Assembly: GCA_963744525.1 (NCBI GenBank)
Contig: CAVUTV010000015.1
Span: 16,624 to 80,623 of the forward strand
Direction: 5' to 3'
Origin: an uncultured Solirubrobacterales bacterium
GTDB lineage: Bacteria > Actinomycetota > Thermoleophilia > Solirubrobacterales > Solirubrobacteraceae
Length of the DNA: 64,000 nt
Positions 25,520 to 35,240 of the stretch are shown one piece after another (positions within the stretch are counted from its first letter, which is position 1; each line of letters begins with the position of its first letter). Position numbers and translations under genes: made by a program. The notes beneath the pieces are model-generated. The model saw only the letters and a list, made by a program, of their open reading frames with translations, made no database searches and was not told where the DNA came from.

Positions 25520-26576
25520 ATGGCCGAACTGAACGCCAGGCGATCCTGGTTCGGATCAGAACGTTGAGGCGGTCAACGGATCGCAGAGAAGACCCGCGCC
25601 TCGGCTGGAGGGACTCCCGCGGAACGGTCAATCTCTCGCTGACCGCGAGCAGACGTTCGCCGATGCGGACCAGACAAGTGCCGACAGCGATCAGGCAGCC
25701 AGCGATCGCGAATTCGAACACGGCAGCGACCCTCACCTGCACGATGCGACCCGCAAGATTCGGGATCTCAGCACCGAACAGCGCCAGCACACGGCACAGG
25801 CACGTCTGGAGCGGGCTGCCGCTCGCGATCAAGCGGCGCGCGATCGCGATCTGACGGCGCTGGAGCGCGACCAGGCCGCCGCGCGTCGTGATCGCGAACT
25901 GGCGGCGCGTGAGGCTGATGAGCCGGACCGCGGGCAGGCGGCGACAAACGCGGAGAACCGACTGCGCGCGGCGAGTGACCGCAAGGATGCAGCCGCTGAC
26001 CGCAGCATTGCAGCAGAGGGTCGCGTCCGCGCGGCGGCAGACCGCGAACAGGCAGCGCGAGATCGCGAACAGGCCGCCCAAGACCGGGCGCAAGCCCGCG
26101 CAGACCGTGAGGCGTTGATCCAACAGCTGGCCATAGCTGAGATCGATCAGCTCACTGGGGCGCGCCTGCGAGGGCCAGGACTAGTCGCACTTGACCACGA
26201 GATCGATCGTGCTCGCCGAGCGAGCGGAGCGCTCGTGGTTGCCTATGTCGACGTCGTCGGCCTGAAGGCTGTCAACGATGCGCATGGTCATGCTGCCGGC
26301 GACAGGGTGCTTCAGCACGCAGTGCGTAGGATCCGCACCCAGCTGCGTTCCTATGACTCGATCGTTCGCGTCGGCGGTGATGAGTTTCTGTGCGTAATGT
26401 CCGGCATGACGATCCAGGATGCCCGCCAGCGCTTTGCGTCCGTGCAAACTATGCTCGCAGCCGACCCCGATTCTCTGGGGATCAGAGTCGGCTTCGCCGC
26501 GCTCGAGCCGCGCGACAGCGCCGCCGAGCTCATCCAGCGCGCCGACGCCGAGCTGCCTACTAGTGCGCGGCCCTAG
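25520..26576 (+). CDS. Diguanylate cyclase (GGDEF) with long D/R/A-rich repetitive coiled-coil N-terminus; apparent frameshift near 25530
   Basis: GAGGA RBS before ATG 25520; the frame of ORF 26115..26576 is open from 25533 (DREQTFADADQTSADSDQAASDRE...); DQLTG, KAVNDAHGHAAGD, RVGGDEF. Confidence 0.85.
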
Positions 26577-28627
26577 CCGCGGCACGCAGCGACGGCAGCA
26601 CGGCACGGGATATCGCTGAAATTTTGGAGGGTGTCGGCGCAGTGGCCGATCGCGGGTAGCCAATGGGCGGATGACGCGAGTCTTGGCAGCAGGCGCTTTG
26701 TAGTGGTGTTTGCGCCCGCGGGCTTGTCAGCTGCAGCGGGGTGTGTGGCTCGGAGTCGGTTGGCGGCGCTCTGTGATGGTGTAGTTCGAGGAACGCTTTG
26801 ACCACCTGGGGGTCGAATTGAGTTCCGCTGCATCGGGCGATCTCACTGAGGGCGTCCTCGACCGAACAGGCGGCCCGATACGGCCGGTCGAAGGCCATGG
26901 CGTCGAAGCTGTCGACGACAGCGACGATACGTCCAGCGATCGGGATCGCTTCTGCGGCGAGTCCGGCCGGGTAACCGTTGCCGTCCCACCGCTCGTGGTG
27001 CGTGAGGGCGATCTGCTCCCCCAATTGGAGAATTGCGGAATCGGACCCGGCGAGCAGGTCTGCGCCGAGAACCGTGTGTTGCTTGATCGCGGCGAATTCT
27101 TGTGTGTTCAGTGGTCCGGGCTTGAGCAGGATCCGGTCGGGGATTCCGATCTTGCCGACGTCGTGAAGGGGAGCGGCGTGGCGAATCAGCCTGACCACGC
27201 TGCCGGGGAGGCCGAGGCGGGTTGCGAGTTCTGCCGCGCCGACCCCGACGCGATCGGTGTGCTGGAAGGTGTCGTCGTCGTGGTACTCCGCTGCGAGCAC
27301 AAGTCTGTGAAGCGTCTCGGCGCGCGAGCGCCGCAGTTGGCGCGTGCGTTTACCGATCTTGTTCTCGAGCGTGTCTCGGGTTCGGAGCCGGTCGCTGATG
27401 TCGTGGTGCACGGCGCAGAAGCCGGTGAGCGAACCCGCGTGCATGATCGGCGAGAGGGTCACCGAGAGATTGAGCAGCGTGCCGTCTTTGTGGAGGCGCT
27501 GGGTGTCGCATTCGGTGATCGGCGTCGCCTCGTGCCGCCGCTGCGAGCAGCCGTCGCTGTTCCGCAATCTTGTCGGGTGGACTGAGGACGCTCACAGGCT
27601 GACCGACGATCTGTTGTGCGGGGTAGCCGTAGAGCTTTTCGGCGGCGCGGTTCCAGGTCGTGATGATGCTGTCGGGATCGGCGCTGATGATCGCTTCGTT
27701 CGCCGCGTCGACCAGCGCTGCGAGCCGTACGGCGGTGGCGGTGGCCTGCCTACGCTCCAGATCGAGCCGGTTTAGCCGCTTGGTCAGCGACAGGATCGCG
27801 AGTGCCAGGACGACGGTTGACACGAGAACTCGAAGCGCGGCACCTTCCGCCGGCGAGAACAGCCCGTGACGTTGGCCCTGGAGGCCAAGCCAACCGATGA
27901 CCGGGAGCAGCACGACCGCGAGCGGTAGCAGTCTCCTCGCCACCACACTGCCTGGACCGTCGCTGGTCAGCACCTCGACGAAGACTCCATCCGAGTCGCT
28001 GGCGGCAATCCCAGCGCACAGGAACAGGAACGCGACCGCCGTGAGGAGCGCGATCGGTCCGATTCCGGAGGCTCCGTCAAGTCCCGAGACGCCGAACATG
28101 TAGCCGATCACGGCGGACATGGCGAGCACGAACGAACCCCCCGCGAGCGCGCCGACCAGCCGGCTCCTGGTCTTCTTACCCTGCAGGAGCAGGAGCGCCC
28201 AGCCAAGCGAGATCAGAATGATCGCCGTCTGTGGCGCCGGCCTGCCGGGGTGAACGGCAGTGAAGGCGCTGAGGTCGCGAAAGATGAGCTGGTCTATGGC
28301 GAGGTTGCGACCGAGAAGGTATTCGCCCAGCGTGAGCGCGCCGATCACGATCGCCAGACTCGCGAGCAGGCGCGCCGCGCGCCGTCTTGTCGGTGACGGC
28401 CTGGATGTCGTGAGCAGCAAGGCGATCCCGAGCGCGAGCAAGCCGATCGCCGTGTTGGCCTTCATCTGCACAAGTCCGGGAAACGGTCCGTTCAGGAACG
28501 GGACGTTCAACACCCACCCGGCCAACACCAACAGGCCAAGAGCGACGGCACAACTCCCGGCCCCGCGAGCGGTACGCGTCGCGGTTGCATGCCGAGGCCG
28601 CCCAGAGATAGGTGGCCAGCCGGCCAT
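26560..28627 (-). CDS. Membrane PAS/HD-GYP phosphodiesterase (frameshift near 27520-27570)
   Basis: Multi-TM N-terminus (VQMKANTA), PAS (ITTWNRAAEKLYGY), LHDVGK, HHERWDG.GYP, DAM..DRPYR. Confidence 0.88.
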
Positions 28628-28634
28628 AACCAAG

Positions 28635-29687
28635 TTAGGCGACTGCTCGTGCGGGCCGGCGCGCGAGCTTCCAAACAGCGACCGAGAGTGTGATCAGCCC
28701 GCCGGCGCCGGCGGCGAGCACGACCCATACCCAGCCCGGCATGCTCGATGATGGCCGGCTGCGCGGTGGGAGGGGTCGCGTGCTTGAGCTGGGTGGCCTT
28801 GGCGGCGGTGAACTCGACGGCCTGGTTGATGTTTACAGCCGCGGCGCCCTGGGGGTAGATCACGCCGAGCACGTGGTAGCTGCCCGGAGTGGGCTGACCT
28901 TTCCACGGGATCCGGTATTCAAGAGGGGCGTCGGGGAACAACTGCCCCAGCGTCGAGACGTAGTTGAAGATGGTGTGGTCGCCGCGCAGGACGCGCAGCT
29001 TTATCCGTGCCGACTTCGATGAGCTCGGTACCGCCGGGGAGCAGCCCAAGCACCAGGCCCGCCCCGACTGGCTGAACGGCGATCCTGGCCGAGCCGTAGC
29101 GCCAGAGTGCGGGACAATCGCCCGGGGAGGCGGATCGTCACCGGCAGCGCTTGGCGGTCGATCCGATGAAACGTGAAGGTCCGTCCCTTGGCGGTCCCGC
29201 GGGCAGCGGTGACGGCCAGGTCTGCCGCGTTGATCGCGACGATGCCGGCGTAGTGCGAAGCCCCGCCGGCCCCGGCGGGAACACTCACGGTGAACCCGAC
29301 CTGGCGGCCGGTATGCGGTGCCAGACGTACCCGTCTGGTGGTGAGGTGCAGCCAGCGGCCGGTCACCGAAAGGGGGGCGGTGATGTAATCGGCGTTGCCG
29401 TTGCTGGCGTTCTGGATATCGGCTGCCTGCAAGATCACGGTGACCGGGTGCCGGGACACGTTGCGGACCAACACCGCCCCGTGCAGAACCTGGCCGCGGG
29501 TGCCGCGCAGGCGCAAAGCGCCCGCGGTCGCGACCGGCGACAGCGCGAACGCCACTGGCCTGGGAGACGGCAGCGTCGCGGCCGACGCTGGGCTCGCCGC
29601 AGTTGCGGCGAGCGCGAGCGTAGCCAGCACGGCCATCGCCCCATCGCGAACACGCGGACTGGTCATCTGCGTGGGGTCGGCAGCCAT
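28635..29687 (-). CDS. Secreted DUF916/CscA-like WxL partner protein with C-terminal TM anchor (two frameshifts)
   Basis: Signal peptide; V.V.NVS...V...AAD......G; W...V.LAP....V.FTVSVP..A..SHYAGIV; C-terminal WVWVVLAAGAGGLITLSVAVWKLARR. Confidence 0.65.
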
Positions 29688-29692
29688 CGGGT

Positions 29693-30280
29693 TTACGCGC
29701 CCGGAGCGGTCGTGAATGTCAGCGTGTCGCTGTAGGCACCAACGGCCGCGTTGCCGGGGATGACAACCGCGAGGTTCGCGGCAGCGCCGCTATCCGCAGG
29801 AAAATCCCACTCGCCGGCGCCCGTACTGGCAGCTGCACTGTCAATCGTGGCAGCCGTCGCTCCGAGAGCCTGCGCGGTAGCTGGCACTGGAGCTGTACTG
29901 GGCGGGGCCGGGTTATTTGCCGCGGCCACGGATTGGGTTGGAGTCAGCGTCAGCCATGTACTGCCCAGGCTGCCCGCGACGGAGGTACCGTTAATGGTCG
30001 GGGCGCCGGCCGACACGTTGACCGTGTAGCTGTGCACATTGCCAGTAGCGTCGGTGACGCTCCAACCTCCCACCGCTGTATTGACTGTCTGGTTGTCGCC
30101 GGTCAGCGTCGCCGTAAACGGCGCGATCACCGGTGCTGTATCGGACAGCGAACCGGCGCTGAGCGTTCCGGTCGCATTCGTGGCAGCGGCCTGAGCCGAG
30201 AACGGGACCAGCGCGAACGCGCCGAGCACGGCCATACCGACCGCGGCCCGCGAAACACGGGGTAAAAGGGACTTCGACAT
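29693..30280 (-). CDS. Secreted WxL-domain-like surface protein
   Basis: Signal peptide (AQA-A); WSVTDATG..SYTVNVS; C-terminal VIPGNAAVGAYSDTLTFT equivalent to the YxxxLTWxL motif. Confidence 0.65.
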   Translation of the reverse strand: MSKSLLPRVSRAAVGMAVLGAFALVPFSAQAAATNATGTLSAGSLSDTAPVIAPFTATLTGDNQTVNTAVGGWSVTDATGNVHSYTVNVSAGAPTINGTSVAGSLGSTWLTLTPTQSVAAANNPAPPSTAPVPATAQALGATAATIDSAAASTGAGEWDFPADSGAAANLAVVIPGNAAVGAYSDTLTFTTAPGA

Positions 30281-30324
30281 GAAACCCTCGATCATGGAGA
30301 GCAGCCTCCGTCAACGGTCATTAG

Positions 30325-30346
30325 CACCCGGACGAGTGTCCGGGTG
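30325..30346 (-). promoter_or_regulatory. Hairpin downstream of the aptamer (probable expression platform)
   Basis: CACCCGGAC-actc-GTCCGGGTG perfect 9-bp stem between aptamer and RBS. Confidence 0.5.
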
Positions 30347-30351
30347 GCCTT

Positions 30352-30435
30352 CCCGCCGGCAGCCCGGCTAACTCCGGCGGAGTCCCGTGGCTTTGCGTGC
30401 CCGCCTCACGACGGGGATGCTTTGTGTTGAAGGTC
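30352..30435 (-). ncRNA. GEMM-I (c-di-GMP-I class) riboswitch aptamer, A20 variant
   Basis: Minus strand: ACAAA-GCAUCCCCGUC-GUGA-GGCGGGCACGC-AAA-GCCACGGGA-CUCC-GCC-GGAG-UUAGCCGGGCUGCCG; GNRA loop, GCAAAGCC core and AGCCGGGCUGCC 3' strand; in the 5' UTR of the WxL-like gene. Confidence 0.88.
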
Positions 30436-30525
30436 TGCCCAGGTGTAGACCCAGTATCGTCGCCCACGCCACGCGCACCATCCTCCTAAGAGAGGATCTT
30501 GGGACAGGACGTCTCGAACGATGCC

Positions 30526-30568
30526 GATGGGCGGTGACGGGATCGAACCGGCGACCCCCTGCTTGTAA
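30526..30568 (-). repeat. att-like duplicate of the tRNA-Val 3' half (43 bp, 1 mismatch)
   Basis: Matches 32599..32641 except 30551; begins at the anticodon loop. Confidence 0.92.
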
Positions 30569-30591
30569 CGTGATGTGATAGAAGCGAACAC

Positions 30592-31857
30592 GTGCGGCTG
30601 GTCGTCGGTGTGTACTCGTTCAGCCAGCCGGGTGGCACGGAGACCTCGGTGCTGACGGTGGCCCAGGCGCTGCAGCGGCTCGGTCATGAGGTCGTGGTCG
30701 CAGCCGAGGAACTGGGCCCGATGGCCGACCACGCCGAGCGCCTTGCCGTCCCGATTGCGCGCACGCCGTGGGAGCTGCCCGAAAGCTGTGACGCCGTGAT
30801 CGCGAACGACGCGGTGATAACCGAGCTGCTCGCTGGGCGCTATCCGGGGACGCGCCTCATCTTCCTCAACCACAGTGCGATCTTCGACCACCAGCTCCCG
30901 TCGCTTGCCGACGGCGTGGTGAGCGCCGTGGTGGTGCCGTCGGAGCGCTTCGGCGCGCGCGTGCGCGCGATGCCGCTCGCGGTCCCGGTCGTGCGGCTCC
31001 GCCAGCCGATCGACACGGACCGCTTTGTGCCTGGGGGTGACCTGCCGCCACGCCCCCGCCGGGCGCTGGTTCTCAGCAACTATCTCCGGGCCGCGCGCCG
31101 TGACGCGCTCGTCGGGGCGTGGACGGATCAGGGTGTCGAGTTCACCTTCGTCGGGGCGTTCGGCGAGTCCCAGCTCGATCCGGTCGCAGCCATCCAGGCG
31201 ACCGACATCGTGGTCGGGAAGGCGCGCGCCGCGCTCGAGGGCATGGCCTGCGGTCGCGCGGTCTACGTCTTTGACGAGTTCGGCGGCGACGGCTGGGTCA
31301 CACCCGAGGTCTACGCGGCGTTTGAGGACGACGGGTTCTCCGGGAGGTCGTCGGGCATGCCGCTCGATCGCGCGCGGCTGCGCGCCGATCTCGCCGCCTA
31401 CGATCCCGACATGGGATGGCTGAACCGCGAGGTGGCAGTCACCCACCACGCCGCGCGCGATCACGCCTCCCGCCTCGTGGAGCTCCTGCGCGGCGGAATG
31501 CTGCGCGAGGAGGATTGTCCGCACCCGGCCGCCGAGCTGAGCCGCCATGCCCGTGCCGCCTGGACCGCGGAGCGCCGAGCGCTGGAGGCCGAACGGCAGC
31601 GGGACCACTGGCAAGCCCGGGCACTGACGGCAGAGCGCGACGCTCCGGACCGGGCCGCCGAGCTGATCCGCCATGCCCGCGCCGCCGAGACCGCGGAGCG
31701 CCGGGCGCTGGCGGCCGAAGGGCAGCGGGACCACTGGCAAGCCCGCGCGTTGGAGGCCGAGCGCGACGCGCAGGAGATGGGGACGCTCTTGACTACGCGC
31801 CGGGTCCGCTTCGGGATCGGGCTCGGCCGGTGGCTGGACCGCCTCCGCGGCCGATGA
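30592..31857 (+). CDS. GT-B glycosyltransferase-like protein with C-terminal coiled-coil repeat
   Basis: PGGTET.VLTVAQALQRLGHEVVV; DIVVGKARAALEGMACGRAV. Confidence 0.8.
   Translation: MRLVVGVYSFSQPGGTETSVLTVAQALQRLGHEVVVAAEELGPMADHAERLAVPIARTPWELPESCDAVIANDAVITELLAGRYPGTRLIFLNHSAIFDHQLPSLADGVVSAVVVPSERFGARVRAMPLAVPVVRLRQPIDTDRFVPGGDLPPRPRRALVLSNYLRAARRDALVGAWTDQGVEFTFVGAFGESQLDPVAAIQATDIVVGKARAALEGMACGRAVYVFDEFGGDGWVTPEVYAAFEDDGFSGRSSGMPLDRARLRADLAAYDPDMGWLNREVAVTHHAARDHASRLVELLRGGMLREEDCPHPAAELSRHARAAWTAERRALEAERQRDHWQARALTAERDAPDRAAELIRHARAAETAERRALAAEGQRDHWQARALEAERDAQEMGTLLTTRRVRFGIGLGRWLDRLRGR
31527..31769 (+). repeat. Two imperfect tandem copies of a 126-bp (42-aa) unit inside the GT gene
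   Basis: AAEL.RHARAA.TAERRAL.AE.QRDHWQARAL.AERDA at 31527 and 31653. Confidence 0.9.
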
Positions 31858-32594
31858 CACCCGTGCTCCTTCCGTCGAGCCGGGCACCCGGCCTGCTGCT
31901 CGCGCCGGGAGTAGTCCTCCCCGAGGACGCGGAGCTCGCCCCGTACGTCACGCTCCACGCGGGCGTCGTGCTCGGTTCCGGCGTGCGGATCGAGCAGGGC
32001 GCGGTGATCGGACGTGTTCAGCGCCTCGACTCCAGAAGCCGCACGCCGCCGCGCGAGCCGGCGGGGGTCACCACGTTGGAGGCGGGCTGCAGTATCGGCG
32101 GCAACGCGATCGTGGTCGACGGCGCGAGGATCGGCGCGGGCGCAAGCGTCGGCGACCATGCGCTCATCCGGGAGGGAAGCGCGCTCGGTGCTCTGGCAAT
32201 GCTCGGTACGTGCGCCATGCTCCATCCGAATGCGGACGTCGGACCTCGCGCGCGCGTTCAGGCTTACACGGCCGTCGGTCCGTGGGCGAGGATCGAGGAG
32301 GACGTTATGGTCGGGGTCCGCGTGAACTTCATCGGCGACTCGACGATGGGTCGCCGGAGCGGCGGTGTCGCGCCCGAGCAGGGCATCGTTCTGCGGCGCG
32401 CGTGCCGCATCGGGAGCGGGGCCACGCTGTTCCCGGGCGTCGAGGTTGGGGAGGAGGCGCTGATCGGCGCGGGCTCGATGGTGCGCGAGGACGTGCCTGC
32501 GGGGACGGTCGTGGTCGGAGCCCCGGCGCGCGCTGTGCGGTCGGTCCGCGAGGACGAGCTGCACGACCGCTGGACCGGGGAAGCGGATCGTTGA
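31854..32594 (+). CDS. Hexapeptide-repeat (LbH) acyl/acetyltransferase
   Basis: ATGA overlap with GT; repeats IGAGASVG and IGSGATLFPGVEVGEEALIGAGSMVREDVP...VVGAPAR. Confidence 0.88.
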   Translation: MTPVLLPSSRAPGLLLAPGVVLPEDAELAPYVTLHAGVVLGSGVRIEQGAVIGRVQRLDSRSRTPPREPAGVTTLEAGCSIGGNAIVVDGARIGAGASVGDHALIREGSALGALAMLGTCAMLHPNADVGPRARVQAYTAVGPWARIEEDVMVGVRVNFIGDSTMGRRSGGVAPEQGIVLRRACRIGSGATLFPGVEVGEEALIGAGSMVREDVPAGTVVVGAPARAVRSVREDELHDRWTGEADR

Positions 32595-32600
32595 CTCAGA

Positions 32601-32673
32601 TGGGCGGTGACGGGATCGAACCGCCGACCCCCTGCTTGTAAGGCAGGTGCTCTACCAGCTGAGCTAACCGCCC
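32601..32673 (-). tRNA. tRNA-Val (anticodon TAC), CCA not encoded
   Basis: GGGCGGT-TAGCTCAGCTGGTAGAGC-CCTGC CTTACAA GCAGG-GGTTCGATCC-ACCGCCCA cloverleaf. Confidence 0.97.
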
Positions 32674-32765
32674 GGCGGATCGCATGTTAGGCAGCCGCGG
32701 CCGTCAGCCGTGCCAAAGCGGACGAGGCGCGGGGTTCCGTGCTCGCGAGTTAGAGTCACCCCGGC

Positions 32766-33503
32766 ATGGACCTCCGCATCGAAAACCGCGTCGCGCTGGT
32801 GACGGGCGCGTCAAAGGGACTGGGGCTGGGGGTGGCGCGTGCCCTGATCGCGGAGGGCGCGACGGTGGCGATCAGCTCCCGCTCGGAGGAGCGGATTGCA
32901 CAGGCAGCGAGCGAGATCGGCGCCCATCCCTACGTGCACGACGCCGGCGATGCGGGCAGGGCGGCGGAGCTGGTGGCCCGAGTGGAGAAAGACCTGGGCT
33001 CGATCGACATCCTGGTGGCCAACAGCGGAGGACCCCCGGCCTCGCCTGACGCGCTGTCGTTCAGCCTGCAGCAGTGGCGCGACGCCTACGAGATGTTGAC
33101 GCTGGGCCAGCTGGCCCTGGTCGAGGCGGCGCTGCCGGCCATGCGCCGGCGGAAGTGGGGGCGGATCCTGTCGCTCTCCTCCAGCGTGGTGCGTGAACCC
33201 AACTCGGTTCTGGTGCTGTCCACCGCTCACCGCTCGGCGCTACTGAGCGCGCTGAAGACGATCTCGAAGCAGGTCGCCGCCGACGGCGTCACAGTCAACA
33301 CGCTGCTGCCCGGGCTGATCGCCACCGACCGGATCAAGGAACTCGGTTCGGACTCCCCCGACCGGGTCGAGGCGATCCCGGCCAGGCGGATCGGAGATGT
33401 GGATGAATTCGCCGCCGCGGCAGCGTTTCTGTGCTCGGTCCCGGCCGCCTACATCACCGGGACCACGCTGCTGGTCGACGGCGGATCCTCGCAGTCCGTC
33501 TGA
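32766..33503 (+). CDS. Short-chain dehydrogenase/reductase
   Basis: VALVTGASKGLG, DILVANSGGP, VTVNTLLPG, YITG...VDGG. Confidence 0.93.
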   Translation: MDLRIENRVALVTGASKGLGLGVARALIAEGATVAISSRSEERIAQAASEIGAHPYVHDAGDAGRAAELVARVEKDLGSIDILVANSGGPPASPDALSFSLQQWRDAYEMLTLGQLALVEAALPAMRRRKWGRILSLSSSVVREPNSVLVLSTAHRSALLSALKTISKQVAADGVTVNTLLPGLIATDRIKELGSDSPDRVEAIPARRIGDVDEFAAAAAFLCSVPAAYITGTTLLVDGGSSQSV

Positions 33504-33568
33504 CGCGCCTCCCGAAGTCAAACGAGGGAGGCGCGAGCGCTCTCTCGCCGTTGTTAGTGTCGGACCAC

Positions 33569-34108
33569 ATGCGTCTGCTGCCGCCGGTCCCGAGAGTCCC
33601 GCTCCGGCTCGTCCCGATCCCACAGGCACTGCTCGACCCGGTGCTCGGTGCCGCCACCGCCGGGGCGGAGGAGGTGGCCAGCCGGCTGGCCCCGCTGCTG
33701 GAGGCGATTCCTGACCGGCACCTCGAGCAACTGATGCGCACACCCGCTCGACGGGTCGTGGTGGAGACGATCTTCCTGCTGATGCCGCGCTACCTGAACC
33801 GCAGCCAGGCCACCGGGCTGGACATGACGATCCGCTGGCGGGTGAAGGGTCCTGTACCGCACGAGGACGAGATCGACGTCTACGACCTGATCATCGTCCA
33901 GCGACGCTGCCGGGTGACCCGTGGGGAATCGGAGGGCCGCCCGCTGGTGACGATCACGATCGAGCCGATCGAGCTTCTGCGACTGGTGACCGGACGCACC
34001 AGCCCGATGCAGTCCTACCTCGGCGGACGACTGTCGCTGCGCGGAGACATCATGCAGGCAGCACGGCTGACCTCCCTGTTCCGGGTGCCGACGGGACCCA
34101 CCGGGTAA
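33569..34108 (+). CDS. SCP2 sterol/lipid-binding domain protein
   Basis: VTITI...LLRLVTG..SPMQSYLGGRLSLRGDIMQAARL. Confidence 0.8.
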   Translation: MRLLPPVPRVPLRLVPIPQALLDPVLGAATAGAEEVASRLAPLLEAIPDRHLEQLMRTPARRVVVETIFLLMPRYLNRSQATGLDMTIRWRVKGPVPHEDEIDVYDLIIVQRRCRVTRGESEGRPLVTITIEPIELLRLVTGRTSPMQSYLGGRLSLRGDIMQAARLTSLFRVPTGPTG

Positions 34109-34130
34109 ATCCGGGCACAACGCACTCGCT

Positions 34131-35153
34131 ATGCCGCCAGCACAGGAACGCCTCGTTGTCGCCGTCACCGGCCCGACCGGGACCTTCGGGTTCGGGTTGA
34201 TGCCGCTGCTGGAGGCCGAGGCGCGTGTGTCGCGCGTGGTCGGGATCGCCCGGCGCCCGTTTGACGCGGCCGCCCAGGGCTGGGACAAGCTGGAATACCG
34301 GCAGGGCGACGTGCGGGACCGGGATGCCCTGGCCGAGGCGTTCGCCGGCGCCGATGTGGTCGTGCACCTGGCCTTTCTGATCACCGGCGCGGGAGGGCGA
34401 GAAGCGATTCGCCAGGTCAACGTGGAGGGAACCCGCAATGCGTTCGCGGCGGCACGAGAGGCCGGCGTCAAGCGCTTCGTCTATGCCTCCTCGGTGGCTG
34501 CCTACGGGTTTCACGCGGACAACCCGGTGGGGATGAAAGAGGACTGGCCGGTGCGCCCCGCCACGCGGCTGTTCTACGCCCAGGAGAAGGCCGAGCTGGA
34601 GCAGATCCTGGAAGACGAATCGGCTGACGCACCACAGCCGGAGCTGTACCTGCTCCGCCCGCCGATCGTGCTCGGCCCGCACGCCGTCGGCGCCAAGGGA
34701 TCGGTTCCGGAGCCGCTGACCAACGCCGCGCTGGCGCTGCTCGGGCTGGCCGAACGGTTCCACCTACCCGTCCCCACCGTGGCCGCCGACGTTCCCCTCC
34801 AGTTCATCCACGAGGCGGACGTGGGCCAGGCGCTGCTCAAGTGCGTTCTGGCCGAAGGGCCCCCGGGCGCATACAACATCGCGGGCGACGGGGTCGTGAC
34901 CGGCTCGGACGTGGCCCGGGAGATCGGCCTGACGCCGCTGCCGATCCCGGCCGGGGTGGTTCACGCGGCCACCCGAGCGCTGTCCCGGCTGCCCTGGCCA
35001 GGATTCGTGCCGCCCGCGGCAGAGTGGGTCGAAGCGCTCAGCCACCCGTCGATCATGGACACCACCAAGGCCCGGGAACAGCTGAACTGGCACCCGGCCT
35101 ACAGCGGTGTCGAGGCGCTCAGGGACACATTGGCGCCAGACGCGTCGAATTAG
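34131..35153 (+). CDS. NAD-dependent epimerase/dehydratase
   Basis: VAVTGPTGTFG, DVVVHLAF, FVYASSVAAYG, YAQEK. Confidence 0.9.
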   Translation: MPPAQERLVVAVTGPTGTFGFGLMPLLEAEARVSRVVGIARRPFDAAAQGWDKLEYRQGDVRDRDALAEAFAGADVVVHLAFLITGAGGREAIRQVNVEGTRNAFAAAREAGVKRFVYASSVAAYGFHADNPVGMKEDWPVRPATRLFYAQEKAELEQILEDESADAPQPELYLLRPPIVLGPHAVGAKGSVPEPLTNAALALLGLAERFHLPVPTVAADVPLQFIHEADVGQALLKCVLAEGPPGAYNIAGDGVVTGSDVAREIGLTPLPIPAGVVHAATRALSRLPWPGFVPPAAEWVEALSHPSIMDTTKAREQLNWHPAYSGVEALRDTLAPDASN

Positions 35154-35240
35154 CGCAAGAAACCGTCCTCGGGGACGTTCCTCCTCCCATACGGCCACTG
35201 ATCGGCCGCGTCCAATCGCTTCCACGGAGGATCGATTCCC

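Larger units (their letters stand above)
30526..32641. mobile_element. ~2.1-kb integrase-less cassette inserted at tRNA-Val
   Basis: Flanked by 43-bp direct repeats; contains only two genes. Confidence 0.75.

Noticed and set aside
30321-30350. TTAGCACCC...GAGTG resembling CIRCE
   Set aside because: Spacing and second arm do not fit TTAGCACTC-N9-GAGTGCTAA; better explained as the riboswitch downstream hairpin
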